Source: a virus. Taken from it: a stretch of 64,000 nucleotides of DNA. The stretch's first letter is position 1; each line of letters starts with the position of its first letter. The notes beneath the pieces were generated by a model. The model ran no database searches, had not been told where the DNA came from, and worked only from the letters and a program-made list of their open reading frames with translations. Of the stretch, positions 38,444 through 47,727 are shown one piece after another. The stretch spans positions 126,500 to 190,499 of the IMG/VR virus record IMGVR_UViG_3300045973_000529; one strand, written 5' to 3'. The translations under genes were made by a program, and so were the position numbers.

Positions 38444-39396
38444 ACACGACGCCAGAGGTTCGGTTCTCGCAGTCCGTGACCAGAGCCGTACTGCTTCAGC
38501 GAAGGGCCAGGCTCTCCGAGAATCGTCTTGCCCTTTGCCTTCAGCGAAGCGTTCACGACATCTGCGAGCGCATCGTGGTCACATTCCCAGAATGAACCAT
38601 CGAGCGGATCCTTGCAGCGGATCGTCATGCCCTTGCCGTACCATTCGGCCTTGATCTGCCAGCCGCCGCCCGGGCCAGTCGGTTCGCTTTCAGGCTTGGG
38701 CTCCTTAGCAGCCTTCACCGGCTTGGCGGGTTTCGGCTGCTTGAAGAGCTTTGAGGTGTCGATTTCGGGTTGCACTGGGGGCACTGGAATCTCCTGTTGA
38801 GCGAGTTGTGGTTGACGGCCAAGCATCTTCTCGACCATGTACTTCTCGCCGATATCTGGTGTGTCAGTTTCCGGCCAGGCGCCAAGATCCCGCTCGTCCA
38901 GAACTTCGAGCACTTCGATGAATTCATCATCCGTTCGGCCGAAACTCATGTCGTACTCGAGCGCGGTCGTGCAAACGTGGTTCCGGTGAAAGAGCACCTG
39001 GTCTTGGTCGAGCCCAAGCTGCTCGTGGTACGGGTTGTGGTCGTTCAGATCCTGCGCGATTTGATGAATCTGCCCGATGTCGAAGTGCTCGCCATTCGGC
39101 CAGAATTTCGGATTCGGTTGACCATCAATGAGATAGCCGAGTCGATGTTGCAGCACCCAGTGGTTGTCATCAATCAGCTCAACGCTGAAGAGCATGTTCT
39201 CGAGAATGTGCTTCTCATCGTGTCCGGCCTGAAGGAGGCGCACCTTGATCTCGACCAGAAAGTTTCCATCGCCCGCGGAGGGTTCCAGCCAGCGCTTATT
39301 CGGGTCAAACCAGACGGAATTCGGGAGAGCATCAAGCATCTCCCGAATCAGCGAGCGAGGAGTGAAGACCTCGCCAGTTTGTTTAACTCTTTTCAC
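38440..39396 (-). CDS. N6-adenine methyltransferase-like protein with SAM motif I but no NPPY
   Basis: TGEVFTP...WLEPSAGDGNFLV...FSVELIDDN; no NPPY/NPPF/DPPY in the translation. Confidence 0.75.
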   Translation of the reverse strand: MKRVKQTGEVFTPRSLIREMLDALPNSVWFDPNKRWLEPSAGDGNFLVEIKVRLLQAGHDEKHILENMLFSVELIDDNHWVLQHRLGYLIDGQPNPKFWPNGEHFDIGQIHQIAQDLNDHNPYHEQLGLDQDQVLFHRNHVCTTALEYDMSFGRTDDEFIEVLEVLDERDLGAWPETDTPDIGEKYMVEKMLGRQPQLAQQEIPVPPVQPEIDTSKLFKQPKPAKPVKAAKEPKPESEPTGPGGGWQIKAEWYGKGMTIRCKDPLDGSFWECDHDALADVVNASLKAKGKTILGEPGPSLKQYGSGHGLREPNLWRRV

Positions 39397-40426
39397 GGAA
39401 GATTTTCTGAATTTGTTCGCGAATCAACCACCCAGATTCCAAGCAAGCGTCAATGTATTTTCGGCCTTCTTCACCGTTGATCCAACCTTCAGCAAGTTTT
39501 GCTTCGCTCAGCGTGCTGAACACGAAGCTGTCGATCCCTTGTCTGAACCAAGGATTCGCACCGGACTCATCCAGCCATGCAACTTTCATATAGGAAATCA
39601 TGTTGCCATGCAGATTGACGTGAAGTACAGGCTTACCACTGTATTTTGCTAGTTTATCACGGGCGGCGCTGTGTGTGAATCGATGAAATTTCGGCTGGCC
39701 GTCAGCGCCCAAACAGCTGTAGACCGGAATGGAGTACTTTTCATCTCTCACCTTGCTCGTCTGGCCAAAATCGATACCAACAACTCGCAAAGCAGGAAAT
39801 GATACATTGCACTCTACATCCCGGCGCAAAAACGTCCCCTGAACTCCGCGATCAATCACAAACGCGGTGATTTTTTCAGCCACCAAGAAGTCCTTGCTTG
39901 CATCACGCTCCCACAGCATGGTGGTTGCGTCCATCCAAGCGGTGTATTTGATAGCGCGGTCTGCATCCCTTGCAAAGATATTTACTGGGACCACATACGC
40001 GTGAACAGAGGCATCCGTAGAGTGAATTCCCGTGAGATGCAGGAACTTGTAGTGAATATCGGTCTTGCCGCTGTACGGTGGGTTGCCAACCACCACGTCG
40101 AACTTGAGGCCCATGAGTTGTTGTTCCAATTCTTTGATTGGCTCATTGTAACCAACTTGTAAAACCCTACCCACTCGCATTTGGTTCGCGAGTAGTTCTT
40201 GCTCAGGTGTGTGAGCCACAAAAGTGATGCGATCAAAACTTGCGCCTCGGCTCTTCAGCACTGGCAGGAACCCCAGATCAGAAAGTACAAGGATTGAGCC
40301 ATCGAGTTTGATTCTTGAGAGCATCTGCTCGGCGAGCTCGAACGGGGTCCAAGCGGGTTTCACCGTGTCAGCTGCATAGGCAACATTGATACGTTCAGCC
40401 AGGATCTGGAGGATTGCGGTGTTCAT
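39383..40426 (-). CDS. Eco57I-like adenine methyltransferase with NPPY and degenerate motif I
   Basis: WTPFELAEQML...LSDLGFL...FDVVVGNPPY; start re-called at ATG 40426 (TAGAAT-N7-ATG). Confidence 0.75.
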   Translation of the reverse strand: MNTAILQILAERINVAYAADTVKPAWTPFELAEQMLSRIKLDGSILVLSDLGFLPVLKSRGASFDRITFVAHTPEQELLANQMRVGRVLQVGYNEPIKELEQQLMGLKFDVVVGNPPYSGKTDIHYKFLHLTGIHSTDASVHAYVVPVNIFARDADRAIKYTAWMDATTMLWERDASKDFLVAEKITAFVIDRGVQGTFLRRDVECNVSFPALRVVGIDFGQTSKVRDEKYSIPVYSCLGADGQPKFHRFTHSAARDKLAKYSGKPVLHVNLHGNMISYMKVAWLDESGANPWFRQGIDSFVFSTLSEAKLAEGWINGEEGRKYIDACLESGWLIREQIQKIFREKS

Positions 40427-40467
40427 GCTCGGCATTCTATCCTGAACTGTGAGAGATGAGTAAACCG

Positions 40468-40929
40468 TTACAACGTCAGTGCAGGCAGAATCGGATGAGC
40501 CTTACGATAGCGCATGAGCAGCAGCATCTCGTCGGTATCGTGAATGCCGACCGCATGAGTCTTGAGCAGATCCGAGATTTTGGCTGAATCAAAACCATTT
40601 CGCGTCAGCACTTCGAGCACCTGCGAGATTGACATGTATCCCGCCCGCAATGCTGCGAGCTTGTTACGCAGCGTCAGCTCGACTTGGCCCAGGTCCTTCA
40701 GATCCTGGCCCGTCACACACCAGCGAAACTGCATCCCGATTGAATACACGAGCGAGCGCGGCGGCAGCACGCAGGTTTCTCGCATGATTCGCTCGACCTT
40801 CTCAGCGTCTGACACTGGGAGCTGTGCTTCTGGCATGGTTTGGCCGAGCGGACCAAGTACCATTTTCACAGCCTGGTACATGATCTCGCGATTGCGAGTG
40901 CCTTTCCACTTGATGCGCTCTTTGCTCAC
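40468..40929 (-). CDS. hypothetical protein in the helicase-methyltransferase locus
   Basis: GTGA-coupled to the helicase. Confidence 0.6.
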   Translation of the reverse strand: MSKERIKWKGTRNREIMYQAVKMVLGPLGQTMPEAQLPVSDAEKVERIMRETCVLPPRSLVYSIGMQFRWCVTGQDLKDLGQVELTLRNKLAALRAGYMSISQVLEVLTRNGFDSAKISDLLKTHAVGIHDTDEMLLLMRYRKAHPILPALTL

Positions 40930-43016
40930 AGCAGCTCCAGAAGGTCAGCGGTATCTTGCTTGCGGTACTTGGCGAGCAGCTCTTCTTCGAGCTCTGTTCT
41001 AACCAGCTCGACTTGCACGTTCTTCACAGCGCTCTGGATAGAGTCGGCGCCGATCACGTTCTTCAGTGCGTTCAGCGGAACCACCCAGCCGTCGTCATCA
41101 CCATCGACGCCGTGTAGACCTTCATCCACGTCAGCGAAGGCGTAGTCGTTCTCGGTCAGGCCAGCGTATTGCAGCTTCAGCACGAGATCGACCAGGAAGT
41201 CCTTGAAGGTCTCGAGCGTTTCATCATGCACGATCACATACACGGTGGCCGAGTACTTCTTCCAGCCTTCGGGGCTGTCGATCGAGATCAGCCCGGCCTT
41301 CAGGTTCTTAGTGTCTTCGGGATTGGCACGAACGGCGCGGCCGATCGCTTGCTGGGTGCCGATAACATCGGTGTTGCGCGAGAAGATCACGCAGTTGAAG
41401 GGGTTGATGTCAATGCCTTCCTTCACAACGCTGAACTGGCAGAGCACCGAGTCAGAAGAGAGCTTCACTTGCTCGTAGATCTTCTTGCGATCGCGTGAAG
41501 GCACACCAGCGTGAACAGTTTCCAGCAGTCCGCTGAACTCCGCACGAACGGCCGGGTTGGTGGTGATTTCCTTGCAGATCGGCACGGCCTTGCTAAAGGT
41601 GACCGCGTTGCAGAAGCCGGTCTTCATCATGTCGGTGTGCGCTGCGATGGTACCAGCCGCTTCCACGACGGCTGTGCGCAGGTCAAAGTTTTCACGCTTT
41701 GCGGCCTTCTTCATTGCCGTGTCAAGCCCCTTGAGCTTTGCACCGTCGTGAAGGACCAGGGTCTTGATAATGATCTTCGGGACCAAGATGCCGGTCTTGC
41801 GCAGATCGGAGTACTTGATCTCGCAAAGGAGCGGGCCGTACAGCGTCTCGTCAGTGCCAGACACCAGGCGACCGCGCTTGATGCTGGCCGAAAAGAAGAG
41901 ATTGCGAGCGCTCGGAATCGAGAGCATGTGATCGCGCCGATCGGTCGTCTGCTGCACAGTGTGGTGGAACTCGTCCCAGCAGACCAAATCAGCCTCGATG
42001 TCCTTGGTATCCAGCCCGTCGAAGAGCTTGCCTTCAGATGCGTACGTCACAAACACGAGAGTCTTCTGGGTCATCCACGACACCAGATCGTTCGGCGATG
42101 TGGTCTGCCGGATGTCGGCCCAGTTGTCAGCACTTTCGTCGCCAGTCCTGAAGTGCACGACTGACACGCCATGCACGTGGAACGCGCCGTATTTCTGGAA
42201 GTACTCATGATGTTGACGCAGCAGATCGATGGTGGGAGCGACCACGACTTGCAGCGTGAAGCCGCTTGCGAACCCGTCCATCACGTTCTGATAGATCACA
42301 CGGGTCTTGCCGCCACCAGTGGCGCAGATCACGCGACCGTTGCCACCGTTCTCCATGATGGGTTGGGTTGCAGCGCGCATCACTTGCTGATGTTCCCACA
42401 TTTCAGGAGGATCGACGAAATCGGTGGGTGCCACAGTCGAGAGGTTCACCGTGAGGTTCAGCTCGCGCCAGAAACTCGGGTCGCGATCAATGAAGCTCTC
42501 TTGTTCTTCCTTGCCGATGACTCGCATCCGAGCTGCCAGTGAAGCTGCCATCGGCGCGAAGATGCCATGTTCACCAGTGTTCGAGAGATTCGTGAACCAG
42601 ATGCGACGATTCTTCGAGATATCGAGCTCGTCGCATTGGTCAATGAAGGTGTAAAACGAATCGCGCTTGAATTTGTCGGTCGGGTTCGAGCGATACTTCA
42701 CCTGCAGCAGACATGGTTCGCCGTTGAAGTTTTCATGGGCAAAGTCGTAGCCGGCCTGATACTTGTTCCGGCTCGTGTCGCTGATGTGCTTGACACCAAG
42801 ATGAGGATTCGCGTCGGTGCCGTACCGCGCGAAGAAGAATTCGGTGAACACTTCGTAGGCAGCTCCCACGAAGTCGTTGTACTCCTCGGATCCGGGCTTG
42901 CCGAGCTTCTTGCCGAATTCAGCGATCCGCTTGATCATCATGTCGAAAGACGTGATGTCGGAGAAGACGCCAGACTCGCCGATCGTCTTCGTTTGGAGGT
43001 GGTTTAGCTTGTTCAT
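40926..43016 (-). CDS. Mrr-like nuclease + SF2 helicase fusion (restriction-subunit-like)
   Basis: N-terminal YE...GYD...LLQVKY; ATGGGKT, DEFHH, EGID, QAIGRAVR; start re-called at ATG 43016. Confidence 0.8.
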   Translation of the reverse strand: MNKLNHLQTKTIGESGVFSDITSFDMMIKRIAEFGKKLGKPGSEEYNDFVGAAYEVFTEFFFARYGTDANPHLGVKHISDTSRNKYQAGYDFAHENFNGEPCLLQVKYRSNPTDKFKRDSFYTFIDQCDELDISKNRRIWFTNLSNTGEHGIFAPMAASLAARMRVIGKEEQESFIDRDPSFWRELNLTVNLSTVAPTDFVDPPEMWEHQQVMRAATQPIMENGGNGRVICATGGGKTRVIYQNVMDGFASGFTLQVVVAPTIDLLRQHHEYFQKYGAFHVHGVSVVHFRTGDESADNWADIRQTTSPNDLVSWMTQKTLVFVTYASEGKLFDGLDTKDIEADLVCWDEFHHTVQQTTDRRDHMLSIPSARNLFFSASIKRGRLVSGTDETLYGPLLCEIKYSDLRKTGILVPKIIIKTLVLHDGAKLKGLDTAMKKAAKRENFDLRTAVVEAAGTIAAHTDMMKTGFCNAVTFSKAVPICKEITTNPAVRAEFSGLLETVHAGVPSRDRKKIYEQVKLSSDSVLCQFSVVKEGIDINPFNCVIFSRNTDVIGTQQAIGRAVRANPEDTKNLKAGLISIDSPEGWKKYSATVYVIVHDETLETFKDFLVDLVLKLQYAGLTENDYAFADVDEGLHGVDGDDDGWVVPLNALKNVIGADSIQSAVKNVQVELVRTELEEELLAKYRKQDTADLLELL

Positions 43017-43023
43017 GGATGGC

Positions 43024-43052
43024 ATTATACTGCCATCCCGGAAGAAGTACAC
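43024..43052 (-). promoter_or_regulatory. early promoter GTGTAC-N17-TATAAT, leaderless
   Basis: -10 box 7 nt upstream of ATG 43016. Confidence 0.8.
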
Positions 43053-43060
43053 CACTAAAT

Positions 43061-43083
43061 TGTAACGGTCAGTGACCGTTACA
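43061..43083. promoter_or_regulatory. perfect 11-bp inverted repeat (terminator and/or operator)
   Basis: TGTAACGGTCA-G-TGACCGTTACA. Confidence 0.65.
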
Positions 43084-43085
43084 CA

Positions 43086-43466
43086 TCACTCGTAGTCAGG
43101 TGCAAAGCCTTCGATCGTGGCAACGCCGTCCTTGAAGTCGCCGGTCCATTCGAACGAACCCTTCTCGTTCTGTGGGCAGAACATGTCGAACTTCATCAGG
43201 AGCTTCGCGAGACCCTTGTCGTACTCGGCCTGCGTCATCGGCAGCATGATCTTGTTGGCCTTGAACGTCGCCTTTGGATTGACGTCCTTCAGGACCCAAG
43301 CCTTGGTGTCCTTGCTCAGCGCTTCGGCCAGAGTTTCCTCTTGAACCTGACCAAGGCCAGCAACCTCTTGGGTCTTGGCGACGATGTAGTCGTGGATGGA
43401 GACCTGAGCTTGCTCAGTGCGGTCATTGATGAGGTCTTGAATGACCTGCTTGAGAAGATCTGACAT
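43086..43466 (-). CDS. hypothetical late protein
   Basis: MSDLLKQVIQDLIND...; SD GGAG; under TAAATA 43494-43499. Confidence 0.65.
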   Translation of the reverse strand: MSDLLKQVIQDLINDRTEQAQVSIHDYIVAKTQEVAGLGQVQEETLAEALSKDTKAWVLKDVNPKATFKANKIMLPMTQAEYDKGLAKLLMKFDMFCPQNEKGSFEWTGDFKDGVATIEGFAPDYE

Positions 43467-43493
43467 GGGAACTCCGTTGTAGAGATGGTAGCG

Positions 43494-43499
43494 TATTTA
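43494..43499 (-). promoter_or_regulatory. late promoter core TAAATA overlapping the upstream stop codon
   Basis: The TAA of the ART gene is the first half of the motif. Confidence 0.7.
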
Positions 43500-44423
43500 C
43501 GCCTTCTTGGTGGCGAACAGTTTGATATGCTTGGGCAGGATCGTGCCGCGATATGCAACGGATCCGAGCTCCTTGACACCCAGCTTCACTTGATTGTGCA
43601 TGCGCTTCGGATCAACTTCACGGCGTGGATGGAACGCATCGTCTGGCGAGTACTTGCCAGGATCCGGCACCGTGATCTCGAGTACCACATACTTGTCGTC
43701 GCCGTCCTTCACCGCTTGGCGCTTGCCGTAGAACTCAGCCGTCTTCGGGTTCATACCGAGGTAGACGTTGTGTTCCGAGTATCCTTTGATCAGGTCATTG
43801 TAGACTTCGCCAGTGTGACCTGGCTGCAGCCCCTTCTTCTGGATGCTCTCCCAACGCGACCATGACGTGCCGTGGTACAGGACCTGTGGCTTGTTCTTCA
43901 TGATCTTCGTGACGTTGTCCTCCATTGCGAGGACCTCGCCAACCGTCTTGCCGTTCATGCCTGGTTGGATACCCTTGATCACGAAGTCGTCAGTGACTTT
44001 GTACCGCTTGAGGTTCTTCAACGCGTCCTTGAAGGTCTTGATGTCGTTGATGGTCCGCATCCGCGACTTACCGCCAGCATCTTCTTTGGCGATCGTGATC
44101 GTCTTGTCAGCGAACACGATCTTGCCACCAAGATGGTTCCAAAGATCAGTCTCGCCAGGTCTTTCGAGCTTCACGTCTTGGACCTTCTTCTTGCGAGCGA
44201 CCACCGCCTTCCATTCGCCAGAAGCAACGATGCCAGAGTAGACCTCGTTCACGGTGCTTGCAAGGATCAACTGTCCACCGTGGTACAGGAAGTACATGCC
44301 TTCAGCTGGATCGATCCAGCCCGACAACTTCACAGCACCCCAGTACGGGAACTCCTTTTCGACGTTCTCGTGTCGCCAGTCGCGAACTGACTTGGCTTCC
44401 AGCAGAAGTTCAGCTACTTTCAT
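43497..44423 (-). CDS. ADP-ribosyltransferase-fold protein (Tpt1/PARP-like)
   Basis: LYHGTS...SIQKKGL...VYL...AEFYG...VVLEI. Confidence 0.7.
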   Translation of the reverse strand: MKVAELLLEAKSVRDWRHENVEKEFPYWGAVKLSGWIDPAEGMYFLYHGGQLILASTVNEVYSGIVASGEWKAVVARKKKVQDVKLERPGETDLWNHLGGKIVFADKTITIAKEDAGGKSRMRTINDIKTFKDALKNLKRYKVTDDFVIKGIQPGMNGKTVGEVLAMEDNVTKIMKNKPQVLYHGTSWSRWESIQKKGLQPGHTGEVYNDLIKGYSEHNVYLGMNPKTAEFYGKRQAVKDGDDKYVVLEITVPDPGKYSPDDAFHPRREVDPKRMHNQVKLGVKELGSVAYRGTILPKHIKLFATKKA

Positions 44424-44887
44424 ACGGCCTCAATCTTGGATACGCTATCAGGGTCATTGAGAATGCCCTGCATACCGAAGTGCAATGGAGATGGTAGCTC
44501 ATCAAACGAGCACCAGCGATAAGTGGATGTTTCCCAGTTCAGGGTTGGGTTGAACTCGGTGTCCACTACTGCTAGGAAGTTGTGGTACTTGAAGCTGCCT
44601 TTCTTGAAGACGAAGAGCGGTACAAGCTCAAGCTGTCCGTCATAGCCCGCCTCTTCGCGAACCTCGCGTTCAGCTGCCGCCTTCGGTGCTTCTCGACCGT
44701 CAATCGCACCACCCCAAGTCCCCCAAGTCCCTGGTTCTTCCACGTCCTTGGATCGCTTTGGCATGCAGATACGCTTGGTGTCCCTAGCAATGATGACACA
44801 TCCAGCCCCGGCTTTACCCCAAAACCCAGTGCGTTCTAGGGTTTTCGCGTGTTGTTCATTGCTCTCAAAGAGCTCTGCCACCAGCAT
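44420..44887 (-). CDS. NUDIX hydrolase
   Basis: Complete NUDIX box GGAIDGREAPKAAAEREVREEAGY. Confidence 0.9.
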   Translation of the reverse strand: MLVAELFESNEQHAKTLERTGFWGKAGAGCVIIARDTKRICMPKRSKDVEEPGTWGTWGGAIDGREAPKAAAEREVREEAGYDGQLELVPLFVFKKGSFKYHNFLAVVDTEFNPTLNWETSTYRWCSFDELPSPLHFGMQGILNDPDSVSKIEAV

Positions 44888-45384
44888 TACTTCACCTTCG
44901 TGAGAGTGGCCTCGAACTGGCTGGCCTTCTCGACCGCGTACATGAAGTTGTTCCCGTCATTGGACCGCACCAGATAGTCACCGTCCTCCAGCCGTGCACC
45001 ACCCTGCTTCGCGTCGAAGAGCACCTTCACCGGATCACCCGTGTATTGGAACGCCTCAACCCGTGCTGGATCGATGTAGGTCGTGAAGCCTTCAGCGTCT
45101 GGCGACTGACCAGCACGTACCGGCTCCAGCGTCTGCTTGAGATCATCGGCGGTGAACTTGCCGAACGGCACACGCTTGGCACCCTCGATCGAGAAGGCTT
45201 CGTATTGCGTCGGTGACGTGTTCTTGACCGGACGCACAAGGTACTTCACAGATGAGATGTACTTGGCAGCGGTGTCAGAGTTCTCCGACCACAGGTCCTC
45301 AGCCTTCTTGGTTTCGAGCGCGTCCTCAACAAGGGCGTTCAGTCGGTGTTGGCCGTCGATGAACTTCAGTTCGTGCAGTTTCAT
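44887..45384 (-). CDS. hypothetical late protein
   Basis: MKLHEL N-terminus; first gene under TAAATA 45408-45413. Confidence 0.65.
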   Translation of the reverse strand: MKLHELKFIDGQHRLNALVEDALETKKAEDLWSENSDTAAKYISSVKYLVRPVKNTSPTQYEAFSIEGAKRVPFGKFTADDLKQTLEPVRAGQSPDAEGFTTYIDPARVEAFQYTGDPVKVLFDAKQGGARLEDGDYLVRSNDGNNFMYAVEKASQFEATLTKVK

Positions 45385-45407
45385 AGTAGTCCGGGGTTGT
45401 TCACCCC

Positions 45408-45413
45408 TATTTA
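45408..45413 (-). promoter_or_regulatory. late promoter core TAAATA overlapping the gp46 stop codon
   Basis: TATTTA on the + strand. Confidence 0.7.
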
Positions 45414-47150
45414 GAACTCTACAATCGTGCTGAAGCCGTGCGCCTTCTGAATGATCATCGTTCGATCCAGCCGGCCCTGGACGTTCGGATGGTGACTGAT
45501 CACGTAGATGCCAAGCCCCTCGTCGCGCGCCTTCTCCTTCAGGATCCGAATGATGCTGTCGATACCAGAGCCGTCGAGCTGACCATCGAGCTCGTCGATC
45601 AGGAGCAGGTTCGACTTTGCGTGCAAGTGGTGCAGCACGTCCCGGAACGCCAGGGCCAGGGCCGTGTTCACTCGCTTCTTTTCACCTGCCGACAAGTTCC
45701 CGAAGTCCAACTCTCGACCAAACTCAGACACCGTGCAGCTCATGTCGGCGTCGAACCGGACGATGTGCGGCAGTCCGAGGTGTTGAGTGTAGTCGTTGAT
45801 CCGTTCGTTCAGGAACGGAATCGTTCGGTTGATGATGCGACGACGGAGGAACGAGTCCTTGTTTACGAGCAGCTTCAGCAAGAATGCTTGGTGCTCTTGA
45901 CGGCGGCGAAGTTCATCCACCTTGTCGGTCTCGACTTCAGGGGCAGGATCGGTGTACAGGCGCTCCAAGGCTTCGACGTGCGGATTCACCGCATGCTGCA
46001 GCTCATTGATCTTGGACCGCAGCACTGTGGCGTTCTCACGGGCCGAGAGCAGCTCGTTCAGATTGGTGTGCTGAATCTGGCTGATCACTTCCTTAAGGCG
46101 AGTGCTCTGAGCCTTCGACTTCTCAGCCAACTCTGCCACGGTGCCTTCAACCTCGATGAGCTTGGTGCCCTTGTCCTCGAGCTTGGCTTCAATCTCAGCC
46201 AGCTTGGCTGGTGCATCAGCGAACGCTTGAGTGCAGTACGGGCACTTGGCATCAGCCAGATGGGTCTGTTCAGCGAGCAGCTTCTCCACGTCACGTGCAA
46301 GGATCTGATGGTCCTTGCGTGCTGGTGCCAGCTTAGCCGCTAGGTACGCGCCCTCTTGAGTCAACTCCGCCTTCTCAGCGTGCAGTGCCTGCTCGAGCTC
46401 GAAGTCCACTGAGCCGATGACGGACAGGGTTCCTTCGATGTCAGCGATTTCACGCTCACGATCCGCCTCCCACCGCTGACAACGCTTTTCAGCATCGACC
46501 ACGTGCTTTTCGTACAGATCCTTCGCAACTTCTTGCTGCTTCACCACAGCTTCTTGGACCTTCAAGTCCGACTCAGTCTGCTTGATCAGCTCGCGGAGCT
46601 TCGCCGCCTTCTCAGAGAGGAGCGTGATGTTGAACAGCTCCTCAATCTGGGCACGTTGCTGAGCAATGGGCAGCTGCAAGAACGCAGTCGCATTGCCCGA
46701 GAAGATGATGGTCTTGGTGAACAGCTCGTAGCTCACGCCGATGATGTCCTCGATCATCGCATCGCACTCAGTCACACCCTTACCAGGGGTGATGTCATCG
46801 CCGTTCTTGGTGATGCTGATCGTGTATTGCTCGCCACGAGTCCGCCAGATCACGTACTCGTCGCCACCACGCTCGAACGAGAGGCGAACCTCCATGAGGG
46901 TGTTCTTCGTAGCGTTCGTGCTGTTGATGAGACGCTGCAGACTGATGTTGTCGAACGGCTTGTTGTACAGCGCATAGCACAATGCATTGATGATGGTCGT
47001 CTTCCCTGAACCATTCGAGCCGCCCTGATCGAGGTTCTGCCCCTCAATCGAGACGGTGCCCGGCTCCGACAGATCCACGATCGTCTCGACATTTCCGAAC
47101 GACAGGAAGTTCCGGAGCATCAGCTCCCGAAAGTACAGGGTTGAGCTCAT
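45411..47150 (-). CDS. gp46: recombination ATPase, SbcC/Rad50-like (T4 gp46)
   Basis: NGSGKTT, central CPYC hook, LSAGEKKR, LLIDE. Confidence 0.92.
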   Translation of the reverse strand: MSSTLYFRELMLRNFLSFGNVETIVDLSEPGTVSIEGQNLDQGGSNGSGKTTIINALCYALYNKPFDNISLQRLINSTNATKNTLMEVRLSFERGGDEYVIWRTRGEQYTISITKNGDDITPGKGVTECDAMIEDIIGVSYELFTKTIIFSGNATAFLQLPIAQQRAQIEELFNITLLSEKAAKLRELIKQTESDLKVQEAVVKQQEVAKDLYEKHVVDAEKRCQRWEADREREIADIEGTLSVIGSVDFELEQALHAEKAELTQEGAYLAAKLAPARKDHQILARDVEKLLAEQTHLADAKCPYCTQAFADAPAKLAEIEAKLEDKGTKLIEVEGTVAELAEKSKAQSTRLKEVISQIQHTNLNELLSARENATVLRSKINELQHAVNPHVEALERLYTDPAPEVETDKVDELRRRQEHQAFLLKLLVNKDSFLRRRIINRTIPFLNERINDYTQHLGLPHIVRFDADMSCTVSEFGRELDFGNLSAGEKKRVNTALALAFRDVLHHLHAKSNLLLIDELDGQLDGSGIDSIIRILKEKARDEGLGIYVISHHPNVQGRLDRTMIIQKAHGFSTIVEF

Positions 47151-47377
47151 GGTGTGATCGTCGCGATGGTGATGGCAATGTCCTTGTTCAGGACCATGAC
47201 CTTGTTAGTGGGGAAAGTGTCACCGATGACTTTGGCAACGGCTTCAGCGTACTGTACGCGTTGCGCGCCGTTCATGCTCGACACATCAATGCGAGCGATG
47301 ATCACGTCATCAGGGCCGATGGTGACCTTCTTCAGGTCTTCAATGTCGTAGGTGACGTCGCGAGAAACGAGCTTCAT
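47147..47377 (-). CDS. hypothetical protein
   Basis: Coupled between gp47 and gp46. Confidence 0.6.
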   Translation of the reverse strand: MKLVSRDVTYDIEDLKKVTIGPDDVIIARIDVSSMNGAQRVQYAEAVAKVIGDTFPTNKVMVLNKDIAITIATITP

Positions 47378-47727
47378 GCTGCACCTTCGAAGAACTTCAC
47401 CGCTTCGTCAAGCTCAACCATCTCGAGTGTGATGCCAGAGTCAGGAGCCTTCGCGATGTCCTCTTGGAACGAAGCGTAGACGCAGTGCATCATCGAACTG
47501 ATGTGTTCGTTGTTCTTGTGTAGCACGTACACCGAGCCGCTGCTCTGCGGCAGCGTGATGAGGTCACCTTCGATCGAGACGCTTTCAACGCCCGATGAGA
47601 GCTTCCACGAGTTGCCTTGCGTGAAGCCGCCATACCAGCTAGCGAGGACCTTGTAGATTGTGCCGTGCTTTGGTGAGACGAGCTTCACCAGCTTCCAGGA
47701 GTCAGGGGTGTATTCACTCATGTTCAT
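47374..47727 (-). CDS. conserved phage hypothetical protein
   Basis: YTPDSW...YKVLASWYGG...WKLSSG. Confidence 0.65.
   Translation of the reverse strand: MNMSEYTPDSWKLVKLVSPKHGTIYKVLASWYGGFTQGNSWKLSSGVESVSIEGDLITLPQSSGSVYVLHKNNEHISSMMHCVYASFQEDIAKAPDSGITLEMVELDEAVKFFEGAA

Noticed and set aside
39383-39396. Programmed frameshift fusing the two methyltransferase genes
   Set aside because: The 14-nt overlap has no convincing slippery heptamer or downstream structure; ordinary translational coupling explains it.
45438-46343. 301-aa + strand ORF and similar overlapping track ORFs
   Set aside because: Antisense to gp46. Most short overlapping ORFs in the track are shadows of well-supported genes.
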